This document shows positions 16,568 to 25,715 of a stretch of 57,628 bases of DNA, one piece after another; within the stretch, counting starts at the first letter, position 1, and the number at the start of each line of letters is the position of its first letter. The DNA comes from Candidatus Micrarchaeota archaeon. GTDB taxonomy: Archaea; Micrarchaeota; Micrarchaeia; Micrarchaeales; CABMGC01. The stretch is taken from the NCBI GenBank assembly GCA_023256495.1, contig JAGDXY010000005.1, positions 14,485-72,112 of the forward strand, in the 5' to 3' direction. A model generated the notes under the pieces. It had not been told where the DNA came from. It saw only the letters and a program-made list of their open reading frames with translations, and searched no databases. The translations under genes were made by a program, and so were the position numbers.

Positions 16568-18794
16568 ATATTTCATTTACAGGGATTATTGTAATTATAT
16601 TTTGATATATGCCAAGTCTTATTATGCTCATATTCGGATCATTGCTTCTATGTATCTCTCTCATAAGCTCATCTGCTACCTCCTGCTTTAATGTAACTAT
16701 AAAGACCTTTTCATTTCCAATAGGTATTGGTTTAAGTTTTTTAGATTCAGATGAATAAATTATTATATAGAATTTTGTATTATTTTTCACAACTTCTATA
16801 TCTGCAATATCGCTCTTATCTAGTTCAGTAAATAACAGAGAATGCGATACGAAATAATCTCTGAGTTTTCTAAATATTACCAAATATTCTGCATCGTGAC
16901 CAGACTCACTTATCCATTGTGTTGGTATATAATAATCTTCTACCTTCTTTACCAGACCCATCGAAACTAATAGATCTAAGTTCTCTTCAAGATTTTTTGT
17001 TGTAGTCGCAAGAGGTAAATTATTATACCTCATAAATGTACTCAATCCATTTTTTATTTCACTTATTGTAAGAGGCATATACTTCCATTTGAACAAGTTG
17101 TTTACTTTACTAAAGACACTCATAAAATCTTCTTTCTTTATATGCACTATAGATGCGTTTGTTTTTGGAAAAGACGGAACATCTATAAAATATTGGTCTA
17201 CAGGAGGATTTCTAAGCATTACATTCAAAAAGACAATTACAATTAACGCTATAAAGAATTCTATATAAAGTGGTGGTATAATAAAGCCTTTTGGAGAAAA
17301 TGTAGAAGAGTAGTTAAAAGTAAAATTGAATATTGTAATTTGAAAGGTTTGATTTCCAGTAGGTATAAATGCGCTTGTTGGCAGCGAATAATATATAATG
17401 CCATTTCTAACAGTACCATTTTGTGTATATTCTTTATTTATGCTAATAGAATAAGATACATTCGATACTGTTTGGCCAGCACTAGATACAAAAAATTCAA
17501 ATGTTTTGTTTGAGAAATTCATTGATATAGGATAAATAGAAACTGGAGCTATGTAAAAAGAACCAACAGTAATTGTCTTATTTGAAAAGTTTTTAACTTC
17601 AGCAATATAAAAACCAGGAGGAAAATTAAATGGAATGTAATCTACTATAGATAAAGATACATTGAAGAATCCTAAGTAAAAATATTTGTATGGCTTATCA
17701 GTTGAATTTATTATTTCTAGACTAAATGTATTAACTGCATTTGACTTATTGAATATAGAAACATAAATTGGCTCTAAAGAAGATAAAGGCACTTCAGCAG
17801 GTATAGATATGTAACCAAGATTTGGCATTGTTGCATGAAATGAAGTTATATATTCATTTTTATTCAATGAATTTCCATAGTTAAAGTACAGAACTACAAA
17901 TACATTGCTTACGTTTTCTGGACTATAATGAATTTTAGAAAATGAAAATAATAAGGAGCTTAAGCCTTTTGATAAAGATAAATTTTGCGAATAAAAACCG
18001 TAATTTTGAATATAAAGGTATCTGTTTACTATAAGATTGCCTATATCATGAGCCATAAGGGTTACATTTGGCCAACTAAAGGTTGGATAATTTGAAAATG
18101 CAATTATCTTACCATTACTTATATTAAAATAGGTAAATTGATTAACATATATAGGGCCTGAGCTACGATTTCCAAAAGCAAATGTCATGTTTCTAAAGTA
18201 ATAGCTAGAGTTTATTTGAATGGAAGCACTATTTATAGGGTAGTATTGTATTTGTGGAAGTTGATCAAGAAGATAAGATGGTGTTACATATATAACACCA
18301 TTAGGACCAACAGTATAATTCAATGCCCTTCCTATATATATTATAGTATCTCCTTTCTTAAATAAAGAATTTAAATAATTAAACATATAGCTTGGCATTA
18401 AACCAGATCCGATTATTATTATTGAGTTATTTGGTGTTAAATTTAGCATATTTGGGTTTATTAATGATGCATTTCTATAACCATGATCTGATAAAAACTT
18501 ATTCAATGAATAAGTAAATGCATATATATTGTAGCAAAATACGCAATACGTTGTGGTATTTAAGACATATATCTGTTTATTAGGATTGCTTAAAAACAGC
18601 TTTGCAGTTAAATTAAGATGTGTTAAATTCATTGTTGAATAATTTAAAAAAACATAAGGTACTAATAAGCTTTTGTTATAAATAGATAAACCATATTTTA
18701 TGTTATTTAATTTAAAATATGGTGCGCCGATAGGTTTGGCGGTAATCTTAATTGAACTAATTGATACATAAATAAAGCTAATTATTAATATCAA
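16554..18794 (-). CDS. 746-aa bitopic surface protein, sequon-rich ectodomain plus cytoplasmic wHTH-like domain
   Basis: N-terminal hydrophobic signal/anchor. A ~500-aa region is dense in N-x-S/T. One internal TM (LYIEFFIALIVIVFLNVML) is followed by a ~210-aa C-terminal domain containing LATTTKNLEENLDLLVSMGLVKKVEDYYIP. Confidence 0.7.
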   Translation of the reverse strand: MILIISFIYVSISSIKITAKPIGAPYFKLNNIKYGLSIYNKSLLVPYVFLNYSTMNLTHLNLTAKLFLSNPNKQIYVLNTTTYCVFCYNIYAFTYSLNKFLSDHGYRNASLINPNMLNLTPNNSIIIIGSGLMPSYMFNYLNSLFKKGDTIIYIGRALNYTVGPNGVIYVTPSYLLDQLPQIQYYPINSASIQINSSYYFRNMTFAFGNRSSGPIYVNQFTYFNISNGKIIAFSNYPTFSWPNVTLMAHDIGNLIVNRYLYIQNYGFYSQNLSLSKGLSSLLFSFSKIHYSPENVSNVFVVLYFNYGNSLNKNEYITSFHATMPNLGYISIPAEVPLSSLEPIYVSIFNKSNAVNTFSLEIINSTDKPYKYFYLGFFNVSLSIVDYIPFNFPPGFYIAEVKNFSNKTITVGSFYIAPVSIYPISMNFSNKTFEFFVSSAGQTVSNVSYSISINKEYTQNGTVRNGIIYYSLPTSAFIPTGNQTFQITIFNFTFNYSSTFSPKGFIIPPLYIEFFIALIVIVFLNVMLRNPPVDQYFIDVPSFPKTNASIVHIKKEDFMSVFSKVNNLFKWKYMPLTISEIKNGLSTFMRYNNLPLATTTKNLEENLDLLVSMGLVKKVEDYYIPTQWISESGHDAEYLVIFRKLRDYFVSHSLLFTELDKSDIADIEVVKNNTKFYIIIYSSESKKLKPIPIGNEKVFIVTLKQEVADELMREIHRSNDPNMSIIRLGIYQNIITIIPVNEISNYL

Positions 18795-18837
18795 TATAAT
18801 AATGAAGAGTATAGCTAATTTATAAATAATTTTAATA

Positions 18838-18984
18838 TTAGCTCACCCCTTTTTTATTTATGTATTTTTCAACTAGATCGCTTACTAATCTAGATAGATA
18901 ATTCTGTTTAACTATTTTGGTTTTTATAGTAAATGCCTTAATGTATCTAAATCTCTTTATTATCTCGGCTCTATAAACAACCAT
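18838..18984 (-). CDS. possible small basic protein (48 aa)
   Basis: Not in the track. Translation is MVVYRAEIIKRFRYIKAFTIKTKIVKQNYLSRLVSDLVEKYINKKGVS. It fills the gap between the 244-aa and 746-aa genes. The strand-helix pattern could be RHH-like, which is weak evidence. Confidence 0.3.
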   Translation of the reverse strand: MVVYRAEIIKRFRYIKAFTIKTKIVKQNYLSRLVSDLVEKYINKKGVS

Positions 18985-18988
18985 AATA

Positions 18989-19723
18989 CTAACCTTTTAT
19001 TTCTAAGTAGCCTAGAGAGACCATTTTATTTAATATCTGCTCTACTCTAGGCATAGGCACGCTATTTGCTTTAGAAAATTCCTCTATATCTATAAGATTA
19101 TTATGTGATTCTAGCCATTCTTCTACCATTATCATAAGAGACTCATCCGAATATTTCAATAAAGCATCTATTTCCTCTTTTAATGATTTGTTTTCATCGC
19201 TTAGCCTAGACGCCTCTATGGTCAAATTTCTATTAGAATTCGCAAGTTCATCTGCAAGCTTCTTAAGCTCAGTATAAGAAGCTAATAGGTATTCATATTT
19301 GCCGAGTAGTTGAGTATAGTCTACATTGAGTGCGCCAAGTAAATTATCTATAGAAGAATCAATGAAAGGAAGCAATTCTTTTAGATCTATAGATATATAA
19401 TCATTTATATACAAAATTAATTCTATAAGATATCTACTAATATTTGCTCTTCTTACTCTTTCGCTAATCTCATGTGGTAATGAGTATGTAATCTTCAACT
19501 CATCCTGTTTAATTGTAAAAATATGAAAGAGATAAGGCTCTTTTTTTATGTTTCTACTTTCAACTTTAGCAAGTGTTATTGTATCATTTGAATAAGAGAA
19601 TAAATAAAGAGGTATTGTACTTAATTTTTTTGATATATCATCTAGAGTAGAATTAATCTTTATTTTTATTGTTAATTCCTCGACCTTCGGATTAAGCGAT
19701 TGTTGCTCTTCCATTTCGCTCAT
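18989..19723 (-). CDS. coiled-coil protein with C-terminal wHTH-like segment (244 aa)
   Basis: Central coiled-coil (LKKLADELANSNRNLTIEASRLSDENKSLKEEIDALL). The C-terminus EEFSKANSVPMPRVEQILNKMVSLGYLEIKG looks like a winged helix. Confidence 0.6.
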   Translation of the reverse strand: MSEMEEQQSLNPKVEELTIKIKINSTLDDISKKLSTIPLYLFSYSNDTITLAKVESRNIKKEPYLFHIFTIKQDELKITYSLPHEISERVRRANISRYLIELILYINDYISIDLKELLPFIDSSIDNLLGALNVDYTQLLGKYEYLLASYTELKKLADELANSNRNLTIEASRLSDENKSLKEEIDALLKYSDESLMIMVEEWLESHNNLIDIEEFSKANSVPMPRVEQILNKMVSLGYLEIKG

Positions 19724-19747
19724 CTATTAATATATAAATAAAGTTAT

Positions 19748-20098
19748 TTATCTTTTTTTATTTAATTTGAGTGCTGGAACCTCAATTAATATTATAATTA
19801 TAAGAAATAATAATCCTAAAATGAGAGATGCCATTATAGAATAAAGACTAGGATATAAAAATAAAGAGAATGAAAAGAACAAGACCCAAAGTATTATATA
19901 CAAATATTCTCTTCTCTTATATCTTTTATATGCTTCTTTATATTTAGGGTAGCATTCTTTGCAAACTACTAGTCTATTGTTTTTTACATTCTTTGTTATA
20001 TGCGTCTTAAACCATTTTATAATGGCTATTTGCAAATCTTCTTCTATTTCTATGCCGTCTCTTTCTCTACCACATATAATGCAATAAGATTTTTGCAT
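19748..20098 (-). CDS. zinc-ribbon protein with C-terminal 2-TM hairpin (116 aa)
   Basis: CIICG...CKEC (CxxC...CxxC), then two hydrophobic helices LYIILWVLFFSFSLFLY and ASLILGLLFLIIIILI. Confidence 0.6.
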   Translation of the reverse strand: MQKSYCIICGRERDGIEIEEDLQIAIIKWFKTHITKNVKNNRLVVCKECYPKYKEAYKRYKRREYLYIILWVLFFSFSLFLYPSLYSIMASLILGLLFLIIIILIEVPALKLNKKR

Positions 20099-20395
20099 TT
20101 ATTCAACCTTTATATCTATAATATTTCCATATAACATCTTTATTTTTTCTTCTTCAAGAAGTGTAATCATATTGCTTATATCAACATCACTAACACCTAT
20201 TCTTCTTAATATAATTCTTATTTGATTATAATTTAAACCATATTTTTGCAATAGGTCTATGAATGTTACTGCATTTATGTGTTTATGCATCTTATCTAAT
20301 TGGCTTATTATCTCTAATATATTCTTATCGCTAATATTAAATAATGATAATATCTTTATAAGCTCTATTTTTTTAACTATAAAAGTTTGAGGCAT
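20099..20395 (-). CDS. small helical protein with two HhH-like repeats (98 aa)
   Basis: Abuts the ATPase stop. Contains DLLQKYGLNYNQIRIIL and ILRRIGVSDVDISNMI, which resemble the C-terminal tail of the upstream ATPase. Confidence 0.55.
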   Translation of the reverse strand: MPQTFIVKKIELIKILSLFNISDKNILEIISQLDKMHKHINAVTFIDLLQKYGLNYNQIRIILRRIGVSDVDISNMITLLEEEKIKMLYGNIIDIKVE

Positions 20396-21925
20396 TTAAA
20401 CACCTAATTGCATAAACATCCTGCTTATTAGGAAATCAGGCATACCGAAGTTCCTTAGTAAGTTTGTTATATTCTCTTTAGATACGCCTATTCCAAGCAA
20501 TGTTGTAGCCAAATCTTTTATATCTACTTCTCTTCCTTTTGCATCTAATGCTTTAAATATAGAATCTATTATATCAGTAGAAAAGTTTATATTTATAAAC
20601 ATCGCTGTAAGATCTGGTTTCTCAAAAATAAATTCTTTTTCAATAGTACCGCTTGCTAGCTCATCGTTTGATAAAATTGAGGTTATATTGAATGAATATG
20701 TATCTAGTGGTACTTCTCCTACCACTTTATTCAACAAGAATGTATCTGGGAATTGTATGTTTGTTTGAAAAGACATGTTAACTGCAGCTTGACCTACTCC
20801 AAATTTGCTTATTTCTCTTCTCATAAACTCAGAGAAATTCAAAGAACCTTGTATATAATCTAAGAATCTTTCAAATCTTACTCTTAATATTATATTAGTT
20901 CCAACATTAGAAAATATAGTTTCATTTATATCTGTAGGATTTTGCGAAGCAACTATAAGACCAAATTGATACTTTCTACCTTCTCTTATAATAGTAATTG
21001 CATCGCTTCTATCATCACTAGCTACTTTCCATGCCTCATCTAATACTACAAATGTCTTTATACCTTTCTCACTGCTCCAACCTTCCATCCTCATTCTCTC
21101 TTTTAATGTTTGTAAAATAAATAATGAAGCAAGAGCCCTAAACTTTTCATCAGGTAAGCCAGATAGATCTATATCAACTAGGCCAGAAGTAGTTAAACTG
21201 CCTATATCAATTGTGCTCTTTCTTGCAAAGAAATCTTCACCTTCTCTAGCAAATTGCCTAAGCCTATAAATTGCATTCTCTAATTCAGCAGGATAAGGAT
21301 AATTACCTTCTTGCAATCTTTCTTGCAATAATGCAATAACATTCTTTAATGTTGGGGCATCTTTATTTTGGTCCGGTCTCTCAGCTAGTCTAAAACCAGC
21401 ATTGAGATATGTTTGCTCTATAGCCTCTTCAGTTAATCTCATCTGCTCAGGAAATTCTGCTATATCAGTTAATATTTGTAATGATGTCATTATCTGCTTA
21501 GTTCTATCCAGAGGTCTCATGCCACCTAAATCCATTATATTAAGATAAGCTCCTTTGCCAAGTTCAACTACAATGCCCCCTGCTTGCTTTACCCACGCTT
21601 TGTATTCGCCTGCCCAATCTATTATTACTGCATTTGTATTCCATATGTAACTTGCTCTTAACAAAAAAGTTTTTACAAAGAAGCTCTTACCTGCTCCGGT
21701 TATACCTACAACACATATATGTGGATTAGTAACATTATATAGACTCCAGGTAAATGGCACACCAAATATTTTTGTATTACCAATATACAAAGCACTTGTT
21801 AAGTCATTTAGTACAAATTGATGAGGTGGTTCAGGGGGTCTACTAAGTATACATCTTTTTCCTAATTCTGTATTCATAACAGTTTGAATCTTAATCAAAC
21901 CCATAATATCACGCTTGCTTAGCAA
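20396..21925 (-). CDS. VirB4/HerA-type (FtsK-HerA superfamily, DUF87-like) P-loop ATPase
   Basis: Walker A GITGAGKS (about 21683..21706), IIDWAGEY, Walker B FVVLDEAWK, and REGRKYQFGLIVASQNPTDI. The C-terminal ~60 aa form an HhH-like tail. Confidence 0.88.
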   Translation of the reverse strand: MLSKRDIMGLIKIQTVMNTELGKRCILSRPPEPPHQFVLNDLTSALYIGNTKIFGVPFTWSLYNVTNPHICVVGITGAGKSFFVKTFLLRASYIWNTNAVIIDWAGEYKAWVKQAGGIVVELGKGAYLNIMDLGGMRPLDRTKQIMTSLQILTDIAEFPEQMRLTEEAIEQTYLNAGFRLAERPDQNKDAPTLKNVIALLQERLQEGNYPYPAELENAIYRLRQFAREGEDFFARKSTIDIGSLTTSGLVDIDLSGLPDEKFRALASLFILQTLKERMRMEGWSSEKGIKTFVVLDEAWKVASDDRSDAITIIREGRKYQFGLIVASQNPTDINETIFSNVGTNIILRVRFERFLDYIQGSLNFSEFMRREISKFGVGQAAVNMSFQTNIQFPDTFLLNKVVGEVPLDTYSFNITSILSNDELASGTIEKEFIFEKPDLTAMFININFSTDIIDSIFKALDAKGREVDIKDLATTLLGIGVSKENITNLLRNFGMPDFLISRMFMQLGV

Positions 21926-22733
21926 ATATTGAAAACAACGTTTCTTTTGGATACACTACAAAATCACTGTTGAATAGATAATATAATTCTCTACCCACTA
22001 CTCTTGTTATTGATACATCAAATATATTAAATGCTACTTGTAATCTATTTAATTTTGCATTTAGATCATCTATAGCACTCTTTTCTGTAACACCATAACC
22101 TATTGTTTCTATATACATTATTGCAGATACTGGCCTTTCCTCTCTAGAAAGCCTCTCAAGTCTTGCACGCATTACGTTTATTTTTCTTTGAAGCTCATCT
22201 ATAGTCTGTTGATTTGGATTTCCAGACATCATTTCTCTATTTAATTGAAACTCATAAAATCCTATCTTGCCTTCTATGTCTTCTCTATATTTTTGCACGT
22301 CTTCTCCAATTGCTATAATATTATATCTAAATGAAAAATCTATATTGCTAACTAAGTTTTCCCACTTATCAACAGATTCCAACATTCTTTCTTCATCAAA
22401 TTCACTTACTTGCTCTGCTGTAAACACATAATTGTATATATTTGCAGTTAAATAACCTATTGCATAATAAATATTGTTAACATACCTTAAAACACAATCT
22501 TGTTTGCTAGGTATTATATAATCCTTGCCAACTATAATTTCCTTATTAAGCAACATAGTGACAACAGGAAAAACAAGAAAATCAGCGTAGTTAATTAAAA
22601 ATATCATTGCAATTCCAAAAATTGCAAGTGCAGATACAATTATTGAAAAAGGACCATAAGCGCCAGCACTGAAAAGTAATATAATAAATGTCAAAGCGCC
22701 AAAACCCAAATATATCATTGTTTCTTGATCCAC
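21909..22733 (-). CDS. 2-TM protein with ~200-aa cytoplasmic domain (274 aa), paralogue-like to 22733..23533
   Basis: Two N-terminal hydrophobic helices are followed by a soluble domain with a coiled-coil (IDELQRKINVMRARLERLS). It overlaps the ATPase start by 17 nt. Confidence 0.65.
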   Translation of the reverse strand: MDQETMIYLGFGALTFIILLFSAGAYGPFSIIVSALAIFGIAMIFLINYADFLVFPVVTMLLNKEIIVGKDYIIPSKQDCVLRYVNNIYYAIGYLTANIYNYVFTAEQVSEFDEERMLESVDKWENLVSNIDFSFRYNIIAIGEDVQKYREDIEGKIGFYEFQLNREMMSGNPNQQTIDELQRKINVMRARLERLSREERPVSAIMYIETIGYGVTEKSAIDDLNAKLNRLQVAFNIFDVSITRVVGRELYYLFNSDFVVYPKETLFSIFAKQA

Positions 22734-23533
22734 TAAACCACCACATTTTCTCTAAGTTTTTCTGTAATTAGCTCTATAGGCACATAAGTGGTTGGCTCAC
22801 AGAATAGTAATATTTCATCCCTTGTTGCTACAGATGCATTTACTCCTGTTAATGAACTAATTCCAGAGGCTATCTCTTCAGCCCTTTGCATAGCTAGATT
22901 CGATGCTTCATCCTCGTTACCACCAACTGCGCTAACCATAACAAATGTAACTAAATCCCTTGGCGATGCTTTTGACAAACCATCCAACAAATTATGCCAC
23001 ATTGTTAATGCTCCTTTTAATCTATCTAAAACCCTTTCATCTTTTTCGTTTGCTATTTTTTCTTCAAGCTCATTTATGTTGTTTATTATTGTTGTTTTAT
23101 GTATAGATGTATTTACTAAATATACTTGTGAAACTATTTTAAATGGATATTGACTAATTATAGCTAATCTACTAAAAAGTTTTGCAAATTCCAGTTTCTC
23201 ATCATTGTTCATTTCAGAAGCAGATTTATATAAAGGTATTTTAACAAATGCAGAGGCGTATACACTATTGCCTTCCCTTCTAAATATAACATTTCCACTA
23301 GGACTCAATACATATGGTGGATCATCATATAGATTAATTTTATTTCCTCTTGACTTTATAGCAGGTATTAATATGTAACTATAATAACGCATTGAAAATC
23401 CAAGCAAACCAAGGAATATTGCAACTAAAGCAAGTATAAATTTAACTATTGTTATATCTATTAAAAAAGAGAATACTATAACGGCCCACGAAGCAAAAAT
23501 TAAGGTGATGAAATACATTAGTTGAGTTTGCAT
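22733..23533 (-). CDS. 2-TM protein with ~200-aa cytoplasmic domain (266 aa)
   Basis: Same architecture as the 274-aa neighbour. By-eye correspondences are YVLSPSGNVIFRREGNSVYASAFVKIP vs YIIPSKQDCVLRYVNNIYYAIGYLTANI, and VTFVMVSAVG vs AIMYIETIGYG. Confidence 0.65.
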   Translation of the reverse strand: MQTQLMYFITLIFASWAVIVFSFLIDITIVKFILALVAIFLGLLGFSMRYYSYILIPAIKSRGNKINLYDDPPYVLSPSGNVIFRREGNSVYASAFVKIPLYKSASEMNNDEKLEFAKLFSRLAIISQYPFKIVSQVYLVNTSIHKTTIINNINELEEKIANEKDERVLDRLKGALTMWHNLLDGLSKASPRDLVTFVMVSAVGGNEDEASNLAMQRAEEIASGISSLTGVNASVATRDEILLFCEPTTYVPIELITEKLRENVVV

Positions 23534-23565
23534 TAATCTTTTTTATACTTTTAAATTTAAAAAGA

Positions 23566-24639
23566 TTATATTATTCCCATGCTTAACAGGCCTCTAGGTT
23601 TGTAGTAAAGCCCACCTAGAAAATCACTTATTGTTATTATAGTAGCGTATGTTATTGAATAGATAAGCATAGGAAAGAATAGAACAGATAAGAAATAAGA
23701 GCCAATACTTGATGATATTGCATTTAATTGAGTTGCTATTGAATTTGGATTTCCTGGTGGATTAATACCTGTATTAAGCACACCTTCATTAGTTAATGTA
23801 TTTAGTCTAGATGAAATTGAAGAGAAGGTACTTGCTAAGCCATTAGTAGTTATGCCATAAGACAATGCAAATAATACAGGCATTACTCCATAAAGGCCAA
23901 TTCCTATACCAATCATTAATCCACCTATATGCCTTGTTGGTAATATTGAACGGAAAACTACGCCTGGTATAATAAACAAAGGTATAGAAAAATACATAGC
24001 AAATAAAATAATATAGAACTCTATATTTAATAGTAGTAAGCCATCAGCTAAAAATGGTGTTATAGTCTCTATAGGTAAAAGAACGAATATGTTTATTAAA
24101 CTAAATAAAATTGGAAAGATAGAATTAGGAACCTTAAATGCTGATACGTATACATTTAAAGTAAGTGTAGTAATTGGGGCTGCAACAACATATACTTTAT
24201 ATAAAGAGTTTATGAGCGTTTCTGTTTGATTTATTGTAGAATTTATATAATACAACGAAGTGTTATACGGATCTATATTTCCTATTAATAATCCAGGAAA
24301 ACCGCCGAATATTAATGCCATTATAAATAAGAAGCTTATAACAATTAATGCAGTAGCACCTGCTTCATAAAATTCAGCTATAGCAAAATCTCTAAGTTTT
24401 GAATTATTAAGTATAAAACTTAGCATAAATAATATAGTACCTATAGAGAATGAAGCAAAAACAGCAATTATAACTATTGGATACCATGTTAACCAAGTAT
24501 TTGTAACTATTGTATTTACTTGACTACAATACCATGAAGGTAAAATTGTTTTTTCTGGTGATTCGCATACATTACTTTGGGCATTTATAATATACAATAA
24601 GATTAATAACAAAATAAAATATAACTTATTTAACCTCAT
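23566..24639 (-). CDS. polytopic membrane protein, paralogue P6 (357 aa)
   Basis: Signal-like N-terminus MRLNKLYFILLLILLYIINAQS followed by a Cys pair, then many hydrophobic helices. Family signature is VFRSILPTRHIGGLMIGIGIGLYGVMP; the C-terminus ends ...LLSMGII. Confidence 0.75.
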   Translation of the reverse strand: MRLNKLYFILLLILLYIINAQSNVCESPEKTILPSWYCSQVNTIVTNTWLTWYPIVIIAVFASFSIGTILFMLSFILNNSKLRDFAIAEFYEAGATALIVISFLFIMALIFGGFPGLLIGNIDPYNTSLYYINSTINQTETLINSLYKVYVVAAPITTLTLNVYVSAFKVPNSIFPILFSLINIFVLLPIETITPFLADGLLLLNIEFYIILFAMYFSIPLFIIPGVVFRSILPTRHIGGLMIGIGIGLYGVMPVLFALSYGITTNGLASTFSSISSRLNTLTNEGVLNTGINPPGNPNSIATQLNAISSSIGSYFLSVLFFPMLIYSITYATIITISDFLGGLYYKPRGLLSMGII

Positions 24640-25715
24640 ATTAATCTCACCAACGCATCTACGAGATTTACCTTTTCTCCTACTGCATTTGACATATCTA
24701 AAATAAATATGTTAACAATAGTTATATTTAATATTGGAAACAAAATAGTACCGATTCCTATAGCCATAAATAAATTTATTAGCTTGATAATTTCTATAGT
24801 TGCTATAGAAGTAGATAATAATGTAATAGATATGCCAAAGATTGAAAGAAAACTAAGAATAGAGCTAAAAAGTAAAGAAGCTAAACCAATAAAAGGCAAT
24901 ATAAAAAGTGATACTAAAGAGATAAATATTATATAAAATAATATCGTATTACTTTCTATAAACGATGTAATAGGTCCATAAGTAAGAATAGTTATAATTG
25001 GATAAAATATTCCTATACCTATACCCATTACTATCAAGGTATTGCCAAAAGTCCTACTTACAAGAAATATTCTAGCCAATAATCCAAGACCAACAAATAT
25101 TAACAATAACATAAATGAGCTTGCTAACATATATTCTTGCATTACATTTAGAATAGCAAGAGTGTAAAGAAAAGTAATGAGGGGGCTTATAAAACCGATA
25201 AATGAAAAAGGAAATTCTACGCTAAAACTTAGACCCACACCTTTCATTATGCTTATACCTATATTAAATGATGGGATAAGATCTATAACGAGCATCGCAT
25301 AATAAAATAAACCCATATAATCATTGAAATAAGAATTAAATGTATGCATAATACATGTAGAGATGGAATTAATAGTAGTTGAACCATAATTTGAATTAAG
25401 ATTGCTCGTGCTTGTACATTGTTGTGGCACATAGTTATTAAGATATGATGGTGAGGTATTGTTAATATTTGTATAAAAATCTATAAAAAAATTGAATAGC
25501 AAAACAAAGACTATAGTCAAGAGCACATCATATATCTTTTGATTAAGCCATATATGCATATTAGTTAGCCCTAAGAATTTGCTTAAAGCAAATAATATAC
25601 CTATTATAGATAAAATTGCCAATGAAGTTAAACCAACTAATGCAAATATAGCTGTTTCTATATTATTTAAAATTTGACTTTCAACTTGTAGTAATATTAA
25701 ATTTATAATCATCAT
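24636..25715 (-). CDS. polytopic membrane protein, paralogue P5 (359 aa)
   Basis: Degenerate signature LARIFLVSRTFGNTLIVMGIGIGIFYP; the C-terminus ends ...ALVRLI. ATGA overlaps at both ends. Confidence 0.75.
   Translation of the reverse strand: MMIINLILLQVESQILNNIETAIFALVGLTSLAILSIIGILFALSKFLGLTNMHIWLNQKIYDVLLTIVFVLLFNFFIDFYTNINNTSPSYLNNYVPQQCTSTSNLNSNYGSTTINSISTCIMHTFNSYFNDYMGLFYYAMLVIDLIPSFNIGISIMKGVGLSFSVEFPFSFIGFISPLITFLYTLAILNVMQEYMLASSFMLLLIFVGLGLLARIFLVSRTFGNTLIVMGIGIGIFYPIITILTYGPITSFIESNTILFYIIFISLVSLFILPFIGLASLLFSSILSFLSIFGISITLLSTSIATIEIIKLINLFMAIGIGTILFPILNITIVNIFILDMSNAVGEKVNLVDALVRLI

Noticed and set aside
22788-23153. 121-aa plus-strand ORF; likewise 45524..45949, 40096..40470, 4439..4819, 38222..38607, 47429..47722, 48978..49292 and 55248..55601
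   Set aside because: All are antisense or alternative-frame shadows of longer, motif-supported genes, as expected by chance in AT-poor-stop frames.
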